Below are positions 37,991-47,623 of a DNA stretch of 64,000 bases, piece by piece. Source of the stretch: Pseudomonadota bacterium (lineage in GTDB: Bacteria > Bdellovibrionota_B > Oligoflexia > Silvanigrellales > Silvanigrellaceae); assembly GCA_039799905.1 (NCBI GenBank), contig JBDLRP010000039.1, positions 128,001-192,000 of the forward strand, in the 5' to 3' direction. Within the stretch, counting starts at the first letter, position 1; each line of letters starts with the position of its first letter. The translations under genes and the position numbers were made by a program. The notes under the pieces are model-generated. The model did no database searches and was not told where the DNA came from. It saw nothing but the letters and a program-made list of their open reading frames with translations.

Positions 37991-40006
37991 ATGAATCTCA
38001 ACTCAATCATAGCAGTGAGAGGTGCTTTCGCCGTGGCTCTGATAGCTACAGCGGCAACTATTTTTACGCTGTGGCTCCCCGATCGAAAGTCCAAACTGCA
38101 GGCAATAAGTCTGCTTCCTCCAGCAAAAAAACTTGGCACTCAAGGCGAACTCACACCAGACAAGATTGCCGGCCTATTGTCTGAAAGTCCGCTTCAACCC
38201 ACATCGAGTTCCGAAGGTGTCGTGAGTGAACCGGACGTCCCCACGGGTGTGAGTCTTCCCCCTGATGTTGAAATTCTCGGTTATGGTGAGTCGCAGTTTC
38301 TTGTCGACTCACGCTGGTCAACCATCCGCTATGTGGGCGAAACTCCCGCCGGCGCAGGTTACACAGGAAACGAATTGAACCGCAGACAAAAAGACGCACT
38401 TGGTACGGTTCATGACACCATTCCGGTAATCACTACGGCACAGACCATTCACGAGATGATGGAGCAGTATTTCGCTCCGTTGCTCAAATCGCTGCCCCGC
38501 GGTGAAGACATATTGTCGCGCATCAAGGTGCAGGGAGCCTACTTCTCCCCACGCTCACGCTACATCACCGAAACGGACAGCGAGCGCGACAATGCGTTCA
38601 TAGTTGGAGTGCAATCTCTTTATATCTATCCCAATTCCTGCTTCGACAAAGCCAACACAGTCATCTGTTCTCCGGTTGGCTACTCGGCAGGTCATGACCC
38701 GACAATCATCGGACACGAACTTGCCCACGTCATCTTCAACCACATGCGCGACGAACGCAGTCTCGAAGGTTGGCAATGGTTTGCTGTTAACGAGGGATAC
38801 GCAGATTATTTTAGTGCGAGTTATTTTGGAGATCCTGTGCTTGGCAGGATTTGGCGAGTTTCGCGCCCGAGCGGGGCAAGATATCTGCGGCGCCTGCTGG
38901 ACACCCCGACAACCAACGACCCCAAGGCTCTGGAAGAAGGTCACGCATTTGGTTCTGTGTGGAGTTCTGCGCTGTGGCGGAGTCGGAACAGAATCGTAAC
39001 AAACTTCAAGGTGACGACCAGCGACTTTGACCGAGTGATACTGATGAGCATCAACTTCCTCGGCGAGTCAACCAAAACAAAATTAGGTGACGCCGCAGCC
39101 GCTGTGCTGAAGGCGGCTGAAATTCTCGGCCATTCCGATTGGAAAACAACACTGCTCGAGGAATTCAGCAAAAGTGAGGTTGAACTCGCGCGCGGAGTGA
39201 AAATTTCTGCAGCCAAAGGCGAGGTCATCGAGGTAGAGCAAGGGGGAATCCGCTGCGGACAAGTCTCACTTCCGGGCAACACACGCGGACAGCGCACAGC
39301 CCTTCCCTCCGCTGCATACCTCGTTTTGTTTGCTCCGCTCTTTGCCCTTTTGACCCGCAACAAGAGACTGGCAAAAGGCAAATGGTTTTCATTGTTCGTT
39401 CTGATTTTCTTGCCACTGCTGCAGGGCTGCCAACTTTCTTCGCTTTGGAAATCTCCTGAAAGTCAGCCGAGCGGATTAGCCATCATCTATCAGTGCAACC
39501 TCAATGCCCTGCGCGACGGAACTCCGCTGTTGCCCGTGCAACGGACGCTCTCCTTAACCTTTGCCGAAAGCGCTCCTGCCGATGTTCGCAACGAGCAAAT
39601 CTTTGTCGGCGACGAGCGCTTTGAAAATGCCGACTCGGCCCTGCTGTTGATCGTCGATAAAGCCAGCCTGCGAATCGACCAATTCCGCAAACGGGACGGC
39701 AGCCTGTTCCAGCTTTATTTGGGACAAAAGTATTTGAATTCAGAAGATGCCTTGGCCGTGCAGAATATGCGCCTTGCATCGATCATCATCGAGGGTGCCG
39801 CGCGTGCATGGAAAAATGAGTCGAATCAAAAGAAGCCTTCTGCATCAGGCGCATCCCGCAATGCCGTGAGTTTCGACATCACAGGTTCGCCCGCCACCGC
39901 GACCATCAGTCCCGAGATTACAGGCGCCCGCGGCTTCGGCCCGCTTGCCAGCGAGGTTAACCTCAACGGCACGTCGCTTTGCACCTATCAAAAGACAACG
40001 CGCTGA
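37991..40006 (+). CDS. M36/M4 (gluzincin) metallopeptidase with C-terminal extension
   Basis: DNAF, HELAH...NEGYADYF and GHAFGSVWSSALW. N-terminal anchor and two internal hydrophobic segments. Confidence 0.8.
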   Translation: MNLNSIIAVRGAFAVALIATAATIFTLWLPDRKSKLQAISLLPPAKKLGTQGELTPDKIAGLLSESPLQPTSSSEGVVSEPDVPTGVSLPPDVEILGYGESQFLVDSRWSTIRYVGETPAGAGYTGNELNRRQKDALGTVHDTIPVITTAQTIHEMMEQYFAPLLKSLPRGEDILSRIKVQGAYFSPRSRYITETDSERDNAFIVGVQSLYIYPNSCFDKANTVICSPVGYSAGHDPTIIGHELAHVIFNHMRDERSLEGWQWFAVNEGYADYFSASYFGDPVLGRIWRVSRPSGARYLRRLLDTPTTNDPKALEEGHAFGSVWSSALWRSRNRIVTNFKVTTSDFDRVILMSINFLGESTKTKLGDAAAAVLKAAEILGHSDWKTTLLEEFSKSEVELARGVKISAAKGEVIEVEQGGIRCGQVSLPGNTRGQRTALPSAAYLVLFAPLFALLTRNKRLAKGKWFSLFVLIFLPLLQGCQLSSLWKSPESQPSGLAIIYQCNLNALRDGTPLLPVQRTLSLTFAESAPADVRNEQIFVGDERFENADSALLLIVDKASLRIDQFRKRDGSLFQLYLGQKYLNSEDALAVQNMRLASIIIEGAARAWKNESNQKKPSASGASRNAVSFDITGSPATATISPEITGARGFGPLASEVNLNGTSLCTYQKTTR

Positions 40007-40013
40007 AAGAACC

Positions 40014-40577
40014 TCAAAAGAACGTGATATTGCGCGCGTCGCTCAGGTCTTCCTGAGAATCTTCGCTTCCGATTCCCAACTCACCGACAAAACCAAAACA
40101 CAGAACTCCCCATCCCTCATTCAACTTGAAGGGAACGAGCAACCATTCTTCAGGAGCAGAGCCTGTTTCAAGGAGCGGCGCAGACTTCACCTTCTGTTGG
40201 GCACTGACCTGCATCTTGCAGCCCAGCTTGCCGAGTGAGCGCTGGATTTGTCCGGTGATCTGATTGCAGACTTCTCCAACAAGATCGCACATCATGGATT
40301 CGTCAGTTTTTGCGGGTGCGTTTGCAAAAATTTTATCGGCAAACGTCTTTGCCAGAGTCTTGTCCATGGAGAGTGTTACGTTGCCATGAAATTTGGCTCC
40401 GCTGACGCGGATTCCGGAGATATAGTCTCCATCCATGTATACCGAGCGACGTACGGTAGGGGCTTGGTCTTCGACACTAACCCCCAAAGCGTTGCAAGCT
40501 TCCTTCAGCGAGGCCGAAAGAAGGTTCCGGATGGTGGGATTAAAACTTGAAACCGGCGCGCCCTTCATCGACGTCAT
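40014..40577 (-). CDS. cheX: CheX-like chemotaxis phosphatase
   Basis: SGIRVSGAKFHGNVTL, and DLVGEVCNQITG (E-x-x-N catalytic motif). Confidence 0.75.
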   Translation of the reverse strand: MTSMKGAPVSSFNPTIRNLLSASLKEACNALGVSVEDQAPTVRRSVYMDGDYISGIRVSGAKFHGNVTLSMDKTLAKTFADKIFANAPAKTDESMMCDLVGEVCNQITGQIQRSLGKLGCKMQVSAQQKVKSAPLLETGSAPEEWLLVPFKLNEGWGVLCFGFVGELGIGSEDSQEDLSDARNITFF

Positions 40578-40716
40578 GACAAAACCCCCAAGTATTCTCG
40601 TTTAGTGCAGCGTCTCAAACAGTGTCCACGACAGCGGGCTGCAAAACAACACACGTCGTTCAAGTATTTGAACATCAGGCAGGATTTTCCCCGCGCGAGC
40701 ACAGTATGATCGCCTC

Positions 40717-41514
40717 ATGAACACGCATGCTGCAAAACTCAACCTGCCGGCACCCAACAACACGACGTGGGGAATTCCCTATGTCGATGAAGAGCTCGCT
40801 GCCTCACGCGGACAAAATCCAAGCCTGCGACAATCGCTCGCGACCTCGGGCTGGTTGCTTGGCTTGAACGGTGTCCATGTCGGCGAAGACCTCAGACTCT
40901 ATCCGGGGGTGAACACCATCGGAGCCTCGGCGCGTTGTGATGTTGTGGTCACAGCTCCTGATACAGGACGACAACACGCCATCGTCGACGTGATCTCTGG
41001 AGAATCCGCAATTTTGCATCCGGGCTCGAGCCGCCGACAACTCTGGTTGAATGATGAACTTTGCGAAAACGCAGCTCCACTTTGTCATGGCGACACCATC
41101 CAAATGGGCGAACAGTTGTTTGCGTTTGTCACACTTCTTCCGGTTCCATCTGGAGAAAGCAACACAATTGTTTTGAGAGATCGCCTCACGTTCAGGACTC
41201 CCTGCACGGCAGGCTGGCTGATTGAACTCAACGGAAGAGCACAGGGCCGCGACTATCGACTTTTTTTCGGTGAAAACAACATTGGAAGCCAAGCAGGACT
41301 CGAAGTATCCATCGCAGATGCTGAAATAAAACCACGTCATTGTGTCATCACTCGTCACAGTGAGAATTGGACTGTGGTTCCCTTATCAGTCACCGAGCCG
41401 CTGCTGGTGAACGGTATTCCGAGCACTGGAACTGGTCTCGAAAACGGAGACATTCTCACCTTTGGAAGAAGAGAATTTATGTTCCGTTGCATCAGATTGG
41501 TAGTCTCAAAATGA
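40717..41514 (+). CDS. Tandem FHA-domain protein
   Basis: Two repeats of GWL..LNG...G.D.RL..G.N.IG...H...NG/ND...GD...G. Confidence 0.85.
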   Translation: MNTHAAKLNLPAPNNTTWGIPYVDEELAASRGQNPSLRQSLATSGWLLGLNGVHVGEDLRLYPGVNTIGASARCDVVVTAPDTGRQHAIVDVISGESAILHPGSSRRQLWLNDELCENAAPLCHGDTIQMGEQLFAFVTLLPVPSGESNTIVLRDRLTFRTPCTAGWLIELNGRAQGRDYRLFFGENNIGSQAGLEVSIADAEIKPRHCVITRHSENWTVVPLSVTEPLLVNGIPSTGTGLENGDILTFGRREFMFRCIRLVVSK

Positions 41515-43037
41515 ACAGAAACATTTCAAAACTCTCATTATTGCTGCCGGTTGTCCCACATTGTCTGATGGTGACGTCAATTGCTTCAGCAGCGCCGCAG
41601 CGGAATCTGCTTGTTCGATCGGTCGGTGTTGAAAACGAGACACACATCAACGTCAGAGTTTCCGCTTTTGAATCGGACCAAAATGGCATTTTTCCGATTT
41701 CGACACTCGATAAAAATTCATTCCAGCTCAGCCTGAACGGACACCGGGTTCCGCCCGCGTCGCTGGGCCTTGTTACCTTCGATGCATCCCGCCGCAAAAA
41801 CAACCGTGCGGTCGTCTGGGCATATGATGCGACAGGCGTGAAAACCATGAAGGGACTCAACAAAGAATTGCGCGCTCTTTCGGCGCAGGAATTCGCCGGA
41901 TTCACCCCCGACTTCCTGTCCATCCTCGGTGTTGCTTCCGATCGAACCATCGAGCGCATCATTCTCGATCCGCAGCATCAGGACAACACACTCGCACTGC
42001 AGCGCCGTCTGCTTGGAGATCCTGTCGGACTGACATCTGCGTCGGTGTTCCGCGACTCTGCACTTTGCGTTGCTGCGGATAAATTTGAAAAATGGGCTTC
42101 CGCAGGACTCAAATCATCAGATCAAAAATCACTCATCTTGCTCGGCGGAGCGGCACCCGCGGCTGGCGAGCAGTTAATCCGCAACAACAGGTGCGCAGAG
42201 CGGCTGATGCAAATGCAGGTCATTGTGCATCAAATCATCTTCGCTCGACCAGAAACCTTTGTGAGCCGACACTGGAGTCGCCAGTCCGAAATATTGGCAC
42301 AAGGCGGCGTTTTTCGTGTTGTCGATCTTCAGGGAGCCTTCAGGGCATTGCAGTCCATCCGCAACATCCTCGACAAAGAATACGCAATCTATGCACAGAT
42401 TCCCGCAACACTTCTTGAAGAACAAGGCAATCCCGAACTGCACATCGCCGTTGCTGCCGATTATCACGGACAGCCATTCAACGCCGCACAACAACGATTG
42501 CAAATCCGTTCACCAAACAAACGAATCATCCCTGAACTGACCGCTCACCCTGCAGAGAGGCCTTCTCAGCCTCCGCGTATGCATTTCATCGATCAACGCG
42601 CGAGTCTTGCAATCAACGCATGGATTGAGTGGCTTGCCACATCAGTGCTCATCGGCAGTATTGTGACCTTGCGGCACATGCGAAGAATGCGCACCGGTAT
42701 CGACTCCCTCGAGGAAGAATCAGGCCGTCTGGACAGCTCACAGGGACCATTGCTGATGATTCTCAATGGCAAGGACAAAGGCCGCGAATTCAGGATCCGA
42801 CAAAACAAGGTCACACTTGGACGTGGATTCAACTGCGATATCCGCCTCAATGCCAGACATATCCGCAGAAGGCATGGCTGCATCAGTTTTCAGGGCGACA
42901 AGGCACTCATTGAAGATTTCTCCGACGGACAACTGCTGGTCAATGGTCGGCCGTTGCGCAACTTCCGCGTCATAGGGCACGGCTCTGTCCTTCAGTTGGG
43001 CGAACTCCAGTTATTATTCCGGTGTGGTGAAGTATGA
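41511..43037 (+). CDS. Exported-domain (VWA-like) - TM - FHA protein
   Basis: Signal peptide, then an alpha/beta domain with a degenerate MIDAS-like DATG and one TM. C-terminal FHA (TLGR..CDI...RH...VNG...LGE). ATGA overlap. Confidence 0.75.
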   Translation: MNRNISKLSLLLPVVPHCLMVTSIASAAPQRNLLVRSVGVENETHINVRVSAFESDQNGIFPISTLDKNSFQLSLNGHRVPPASLGLVTFDASRRKNNRAVVWAYDATGVKTMKGLNKELRALSAQEFAGFTPDFLSILGVASDRTIERIILDPQHQDNTLALQRRLLGDPVGLTSASVFRDSALCVAADKFEKWASAGLKSSDQKSLILLGGAAPAAGEQLIRNNRCAERLMQMQVIVHQIIFARPETFVSRHWSRQSEILAQGGVFRVVDLQGAFRALQSIRNILDKEYAIYAQIPATLLEEQGNPELHIAVAADYHGQPFNAAQQRLQIRSPNKRIIPELTAHPAERPSQPPRMHFIDQRASLAINAWIEWLATSVLIGSIVTLRHMRRMRTGIDSLEEESGRLDSSQGPLLMILNGKDKGREFRIRQNKVTLGRGFNCDIRLNARHIRRRHGCISFQGDKALIEDFSDGQLLVNGRPLRNFRVIGHGSVLQLGELQLLFRCGEV

Positions 43038-44284
43038 AGAACGGTCAACTCTTTTTATTGCGCTTTACAAGCGGGACGATGAAATCGCGACAATTTACCC
43101 TGCTGCCCGGCGAGAGCTACATAATTGGCTCGCAATCCGATTCGGACATCAGGGTGGACGGCGATCCGACCGTGAGCCGCAGACACGCTTGTATCGCCGT
43201 GCATCCAGCCGGACGAATCACTTTCAACGACCTCAACAGCACCAACGGGTCTATGGTGAACGGCAAGGCCGTCTCACAGGACGGCCGCCTCAAGGCTGGC
43301 GATACACTTCGACTCGGCCTCAATACGTTGTGTCTCATCCAGCCATGGGAAGCTCTGGAATCCAGCCTTCCACCGGCCATGACCTCCGGATTTGAGTTGA
43401 TTCCAAAAGATCTCCCGCAGCGGCAGAGCGCACTCAAAACAACGGCGCCGCTTTGGTTTACGGTCAGCGGGTTTTGTATCGGCGGGATCTGTTTCAGCCT
43501 CTGGCAGGCATACAACGCTCCAAACAATGTCTTTGCCCGAACCATTCCGGCGCTCATCCCAATCGAACAGACGTCAACGGTGCAAATCGAAAAGAACACG
43601 ACCGAGGCTCAGACGAGCAATTTGCGCCTATCCGACAAAGACGTAGATGTGCCGCTCGTCGCAAGCCACTACGTCTGGGATGAAATCGTCAACATCTCGC
43701 AACGCTTCGGTGAAATCCCGCCGTCGGCGATGGATCCGCAATTCCTCGCTCAGGTCGAACACTGGATCAACTTTTACACAAAAAACAATCGCCATTCCGA
43801 ACTGCTCAAGCGCCGCGACGCAGTCTGGGAGAAAGTTCAAAACATTCTCCAGATACATGGTCTGCCCAGTGAGCTTGGCTACATTGCGTGGGTTGAATCG
43901 GCCTTTGACACGCAGGCTGTCAGCCATGCAGGTGCGGTGGGAATGTGGCAGTTTATCGATAGTACGGGTCAGGAATATGGTCTCATCAACGCAAATGCTC
44001 AACCACGCGACTCGCGCCGTCAGGTAGAAGCCAGCACCCATGCCGCGGCCCGTTACCTTAATTCGCTGCTCGGTATGTTTGGCAACCGTCGTTACCTTCT
44101 AGCATTGGCTGCATACAACGCAGGACAAAACAGAATCAAACGGCAGGAAATTGCACAAAGCATCAAGACGTCCAAAAAAGTCGATTTTTGGCACCTAAAA
44201 GAAACGCTGCCCAAAGAAACCTTGGATTACGTCCCCAAGGTCCTGGCAGCGATTATCATCGGAAGAAATCCCGAAAACTGGTGA
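43034..44284 (+). CDS. FHA - TM - MltD-like lytic transglycosylase (SLT) protein
   Basis: FHA motifs VSRRHA and DLNSTNG, then a TM. SLT motifs VES, SHAGAVGMWQF, AAARYL, LAAYNAG and ETLDYVPK. ATGA overlap. Confidence 0.9.
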   Translation: MKNGQLFLLRFTSGTMKSRQFTLLPGESYIIGSQSDSDIRVDGDPTVSRRHACIAVHPAGRITFNDLNSTNGSMVNGKAVSQDGRLKAGDTLRLGLNTLCLIQPWEALESSLPPAMTSGFELIPKDLPQRQSALKTTAPLWFTVSGFCIGGICFSLWQAYNAPNNVFARTIPALIPIEQTSTVQIEKNTTEAQTSNLRLSDKDVDVPLVASHYVWDEIVNISQRFGEIPPSAMDPQFLAQVEHWINFYTKNNRHSELLKRRDAVWEKVQNILQIHGLPSELGYIAWVESAFDTQAVSHAGAVGMWQFIDSTGQEYGLINANAQPRDSRRQVEASTHAAARYLNSLLGMFGNRRYLLALAAYNAGQNRIKRQEIAQSIKTSKKVDFWHLKETLPKETLDYVPKVLAAIIIGRNPENW

Positions 44285-44315
44285 GCCCGCGCGCAGTCCG
44301 CGGCGGAGCTCACCA
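44279..44315. terminator. GC-rich hairpin between the convergent SLT gene and glnA
   Basis: TGGTGAGC...GCTCACCA with inner CCGC/GCGG pairing. Weak U-tracts. Confidence 0.4.
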
Positions 44316-44327
44316 TTCTATGATTTA

Positions 44328-46529
44328 TCAGTCTGCTGGAAACAGCATGTCCTGATACGACGGGAACGGCCATTTTGAGGCCGGCACAATTGCTTCAATC
44401 TGGTCGGCAGTTGTGCGCAACTCTTCCAGCTTCGGCAACAGCTGCTCTGCAATCGCCTTCGCAGTTTTAGGAAGATGGTGGTGATCAAGCGCATCACCTG
44501 CAGTCACGCGCTCATAACCTGTGCGCAAAGCCGAGAGCGATGTCTCAAAACGCACAGCGAGCTGTCCCAGTTCGCCGGCCAATTTTTGCGCGGGTGTGGA
44601 GATGTGCATACGGGCAGAAGCCTCGCCCAGCGAAATAAGTTCACCGAGGTACCCGAGTGTTGCAGGAAGAATTCCGGTCTGTGCCATTTCGATACCGACG
44701 TTGATCTCGATGAGACGTTGCTTGATGTAACGCTCCCATTGGATGGCCGCGCGACTTTCGAGGTCAGTGCCGGTCAGAACGCCAGTTTCGACGAGGAATG
44801 CCGTCTTCTGAGCGTCGGTCCAGACATCCAGCGCAGTCGGAGTGTCGGGCAGATTGCCAAGGCCGCGACGTGCTGCCTCATCGCACCATTCTTGTGAATA
44901 TCCGTTGCCTTCAAATCGAATTTTACGTGTGTCGCGGATCACTTCACGAAGAACTTCAAAAACCGCTTCCGGAGAAACGCTTCCGCCCTTCGCACGCGCT
45001 GCCAACTTCGCGTTTACTTTGACCAGACCGGACGTGACCGCGGCATTAAGAATTGCCGTCGGGAAGCTGATGGATGCGCTCGATCCGACTGCGCGGAACT
45101 CAAACTTGTTGCCGGTGAAAGCAAAAGGAGAAGTACGGTTGCGGTCGGTGTTGTCGGGTGCAACATGCTGAAGGTGGTTGACACCCAAGTCGAGCAGCGC
45201 CTTCTCAGCCGAAACGTTTTCACCCTTGCCGGCTTCAATCGAATTAAGGATCTTGTCGAGTGTGTCTCCAAGGAAACAGCTGATGATTGCCGGCGGTGCT
45301 TCGTTCGCACCAAGACGGTGATCGTTTCCTGTGGAGGCAACTGATGCGCGCAAAACGTCTGCGTGATCGTAGATTCCCTGCATGACACCGCAGAGGAAGG
45401 TCAAAAAGACAAGATTCTGGTGTGGGGAGGTGCCGGGTTCCAACAGATTGCGGCCGGTGGAGTCGGACATCGACCAGTTGACGTGCTTGCCGCTGCCGTT
45501 CACGCCGGCAAAGGGCTTCTCGTGCAACAATACCGAAAAATTGTGACGAGCGCCGACGGTGCGCAGAACCTTCATCAGCAGCTGGTTGTGGTCGGCGGCG
45601 ATATTGGAACCCTCAAAAATCGGCGCGACTTCGAACTGTCCGGGCGCAACTTCGTTATGGCGAGTCTTGATTGGAACGCCGACTTTATAGAGTTCGACTT
45701 CCAACTCATTGATGAACGCATGAACACGAGTCGGAATGTGACCGAAGTAATGATCTTCGAGTTCCTGACCTTTGGCGGGACGCTTTCCGAAAACGGTGCG
45801 GCCCGAAAGACGCAGGTCTGGACGCGCCATCGCCTGCTCGCGTGCAACAAGGAAAAACTCCTGCTCAGCACCAACAGTTGTAATGACGTTGGTAACGTTC
45901 TTTTCACCCAGCAGGTGAAGCGTCTTGACTGCCTCTTTGTTGAGAGTGTCGTTGGAGCGCAGCAGCGGAGTTTTAAAGTCGAGAGCATCGCCGTGATAAC
46001 TGATGAAAACCGAAGGAATGTAAAGCGTGCGCCCGTTCTCAGTTTCCATCATGAACATCGGGCTGCTTGGGTCCCAGCTGGTGTAACCGCGCGCCTCAAA
46101 GGTTGAACGCATGCCGCCCGAGGGAAAGCTCGATGCATCGGGTTCACTCTGCAACAATTCCTTGCCTGTGAAACGCTCAATGGGGTGACCGTTTTTATCG
46201 AGCCAAAGGAACGCGTCATGTTTCTCGGCTGTTGTGCCAGTCTGCGGTTGGAACCAGTGACAATAGTGTGTGGCTCCTTTTTCGATTGCCCACTCACGCG
46301 CGGCGGATGCGATTCGCTCTGCAAGCGTTGCATCAATCTTGCCGCCCAGCTTCATCACCTTGCTGATCGTATCGAGGTCGTGCGAGCTCAGCTTCTTTGC
46401 CATCGCACGGAGGTCAAAAACGTTAGAGCCGTAGAAATCTGCAACGCGGGCCAATGTTCCGTCAACATTGCGCGGACGTTCAATTGTACGCACACCGGAA
46501 ACGTGAGCAGTCGTCTTACCAGTCGCCAT
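44328..46529 (-). CDS. glnA: Glutamine synthetase type III
   Basis: HWFQP, AEKHDAF, EPDASSFPSGG, HNEVAP, HEKPFAGVNGSGKH, HRLGANEAPP and DRNRTSPFAFTGNKFEFR. Confidence 0.97.
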   Translation of the reverse strand: MATGKTTAHVSGVRTIERPRNVDGTLARVADFYGSNVFDLRAMAKKLSSHDLDTISKVMKLGGKIDATLAERIASAAREWAIEKGATHYCHWFQPQTGTTAEKHDAFLWLDKNGHPIERFTGKELLQSEPDASSFPSGGMRSTFEARGYTSWDPSSPMFMMETENGRTLYIPSVFISYHGDALDFKTPLLRSNDTLNKEAVKTLHLLGEKNVTNVITTVGAEQEFFLVAREQAMARPDLRLSGRTVFGKRPAKGQELEDHYFGHIPTRVHAFINELEVELYKVGVPIKTRHNEVAPGQFEVAPIFEGSNIAADHNQLLMKVLRTVGARHNFSVLLHEKPFAGVNGSGKHVNWSMSDSTGRNLLEPGTSPHQNLVFLTFLCGVMQGIYDHADVLRASVASTGNDHRLGANEAPPAIISCFLGDTLDKILNSIEAGKGENVSAEKALLDLGVNHLQHVAPDNTDRNRTSPFAFTGNKFEFRAVGSSASISFPTAILNAAVTSGLVKVNAKLAARAKGGSVSPEAVFEVLREVIRDTRKIRFEGNGYSQEWCDEAARRGLGNLPDTPTALDVWTDAQKTAFLVETGVLTGTDLESRAAIQWERYIKQRLIEINVGIEMAQTGILPATLGYLGELISLGEASARMHISTPAQKLAGELGQLAVRFETSLSALRTGYERVTAGDALDHHHLPKTAKAIAEQLLPKLEELRTTADQIEAIVPASKWPFPSYQDMLFPAD

Positions 46530-46678
46530 AACACACCCTCATAGTGAAAAATCACGTGAAAGACACAACGCATATTTGCAATAGAACTCTCTGCGCCTGC
46601 ATACCATAGCGGATGGGGCTGACAAGCAATGTTCAAATATGAAACCGGAAATGATTGAACTTTTCGCTCAAAGGCGGG

Positions 46679-47623
46679 TTAATCCTGAGAACCGCCACGC
46701 GCCCAGCGTACAGAACGGAAGAAAAAATTATGTTCGGGCGACACAATCGCATTCAAAAGACCAAAAGCGAGCGGCCATTGCAGGAGCTCGCCGAGGGCGA
46801 TTTTGAAGCCCCGTCCGAGCGCAGATCGCGATGATGCAATCTGCACATTCGCAATGGCGCGACCAATTGACGCCGAAAAAAATACGCCGGCCAGTGCCTG
46901 AATAAAGAAGAACAGCAGCGAGGCCACGGCCAGTGTCTGCATCATCAAGACAATCCAGCCGAATGAACCGACATGCACAGCCTGATTGGCAGAATACTTG
47001 ATAAGCGTGGGAAACTTGTGCGCGAGCAAACTCATGAACGGAACACTGGCAGAGATGGTGAAGCCGACAACAAGACACGCAAGCACGAGCAGCGTATCAA
47101 AAAACCACGCAAGCAAGCTCTGCATCACGCTCGGCGGACGCAATTTGCGCGGCGATGTGAGGAAAGATTTGATGGATGGAACACCTGCTGTCTGCACCAT
47201 CGCCTGCTGGGCAATCATTCGGCCCGACTGGTCGGGCTGAGTCGCAGCCGTGCGACGGACCTGCTCATTCATCGCCTGCCATTTGCCTGCGAATTTCTCT
47301 GGAACATCTTGTTCCTGAACAAACGGAATCGATTCAACCTCACGTACGACTGTCTTTTCTTCGGTAAACTGGAGCCCTGCGCCGCTCGATCCCAAAGCAG
47401 GGCGGTTTTGCAAACCTGCTGCTCCGGAGTTGGGTGAAGCCCGCCGCTGGCTTGCCTGACGGGCTACAACCAGCGCTCGCTCGCGGATGGCGCCGGCACC
47501 AAAGCCAAGCCCGCCATGCAGCGGTTGCAGACGCGACGTCAGTCGTCTGCGCAAAGGCGACGACTTAGGTAACGAAGTTCTGACCTTTTCAGAGGTGAAG
47601 TCTGACTCGATTGGATATTTCAC
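46679..47623 (-). CDS. RDD-like membrane protein with disordered N-terminus
   Basis: LLAWFFDTLL and ASIGRAIANVQI resemble RDD motifs. GTGA-coupled to the DHH gene. Confidence 0.55.
   Translation of the reverse strand: MKYPIESDFTSEKVRTSLPKSSPLRRRLTSRLQPLHGGLGFGAGAIRERALVVARQASQRRASPNSGAAGLQNRPALGSSGAGLQFTEEKTVVREVESIPFVQEQDVPEKFAGKWQAMNEQVRRTAATQPDQSGRMIAQQAMVQTAGVPSIKSFLTSPRKLRPPSVMQSLLAWFFDTLLVLACLVVGFTISASVPFMSLLAHKFPTLIKYSANQAVHVGSFGWIVLMMQTLAVASLLFFFIQALAGVFFSASIGRAIANVQIASSRSALGRGFKIALGELLQWPLAFGLLNAIVSPEHNFFFRSVRWARGGSQD

Noticed and set aside
46593..46606. Sigma-54 promoter upstream of GSIII glnA (TGGTAT...GC)
   Set aside because: GG-to-GC spacing is 9 nt rather than the required 10.
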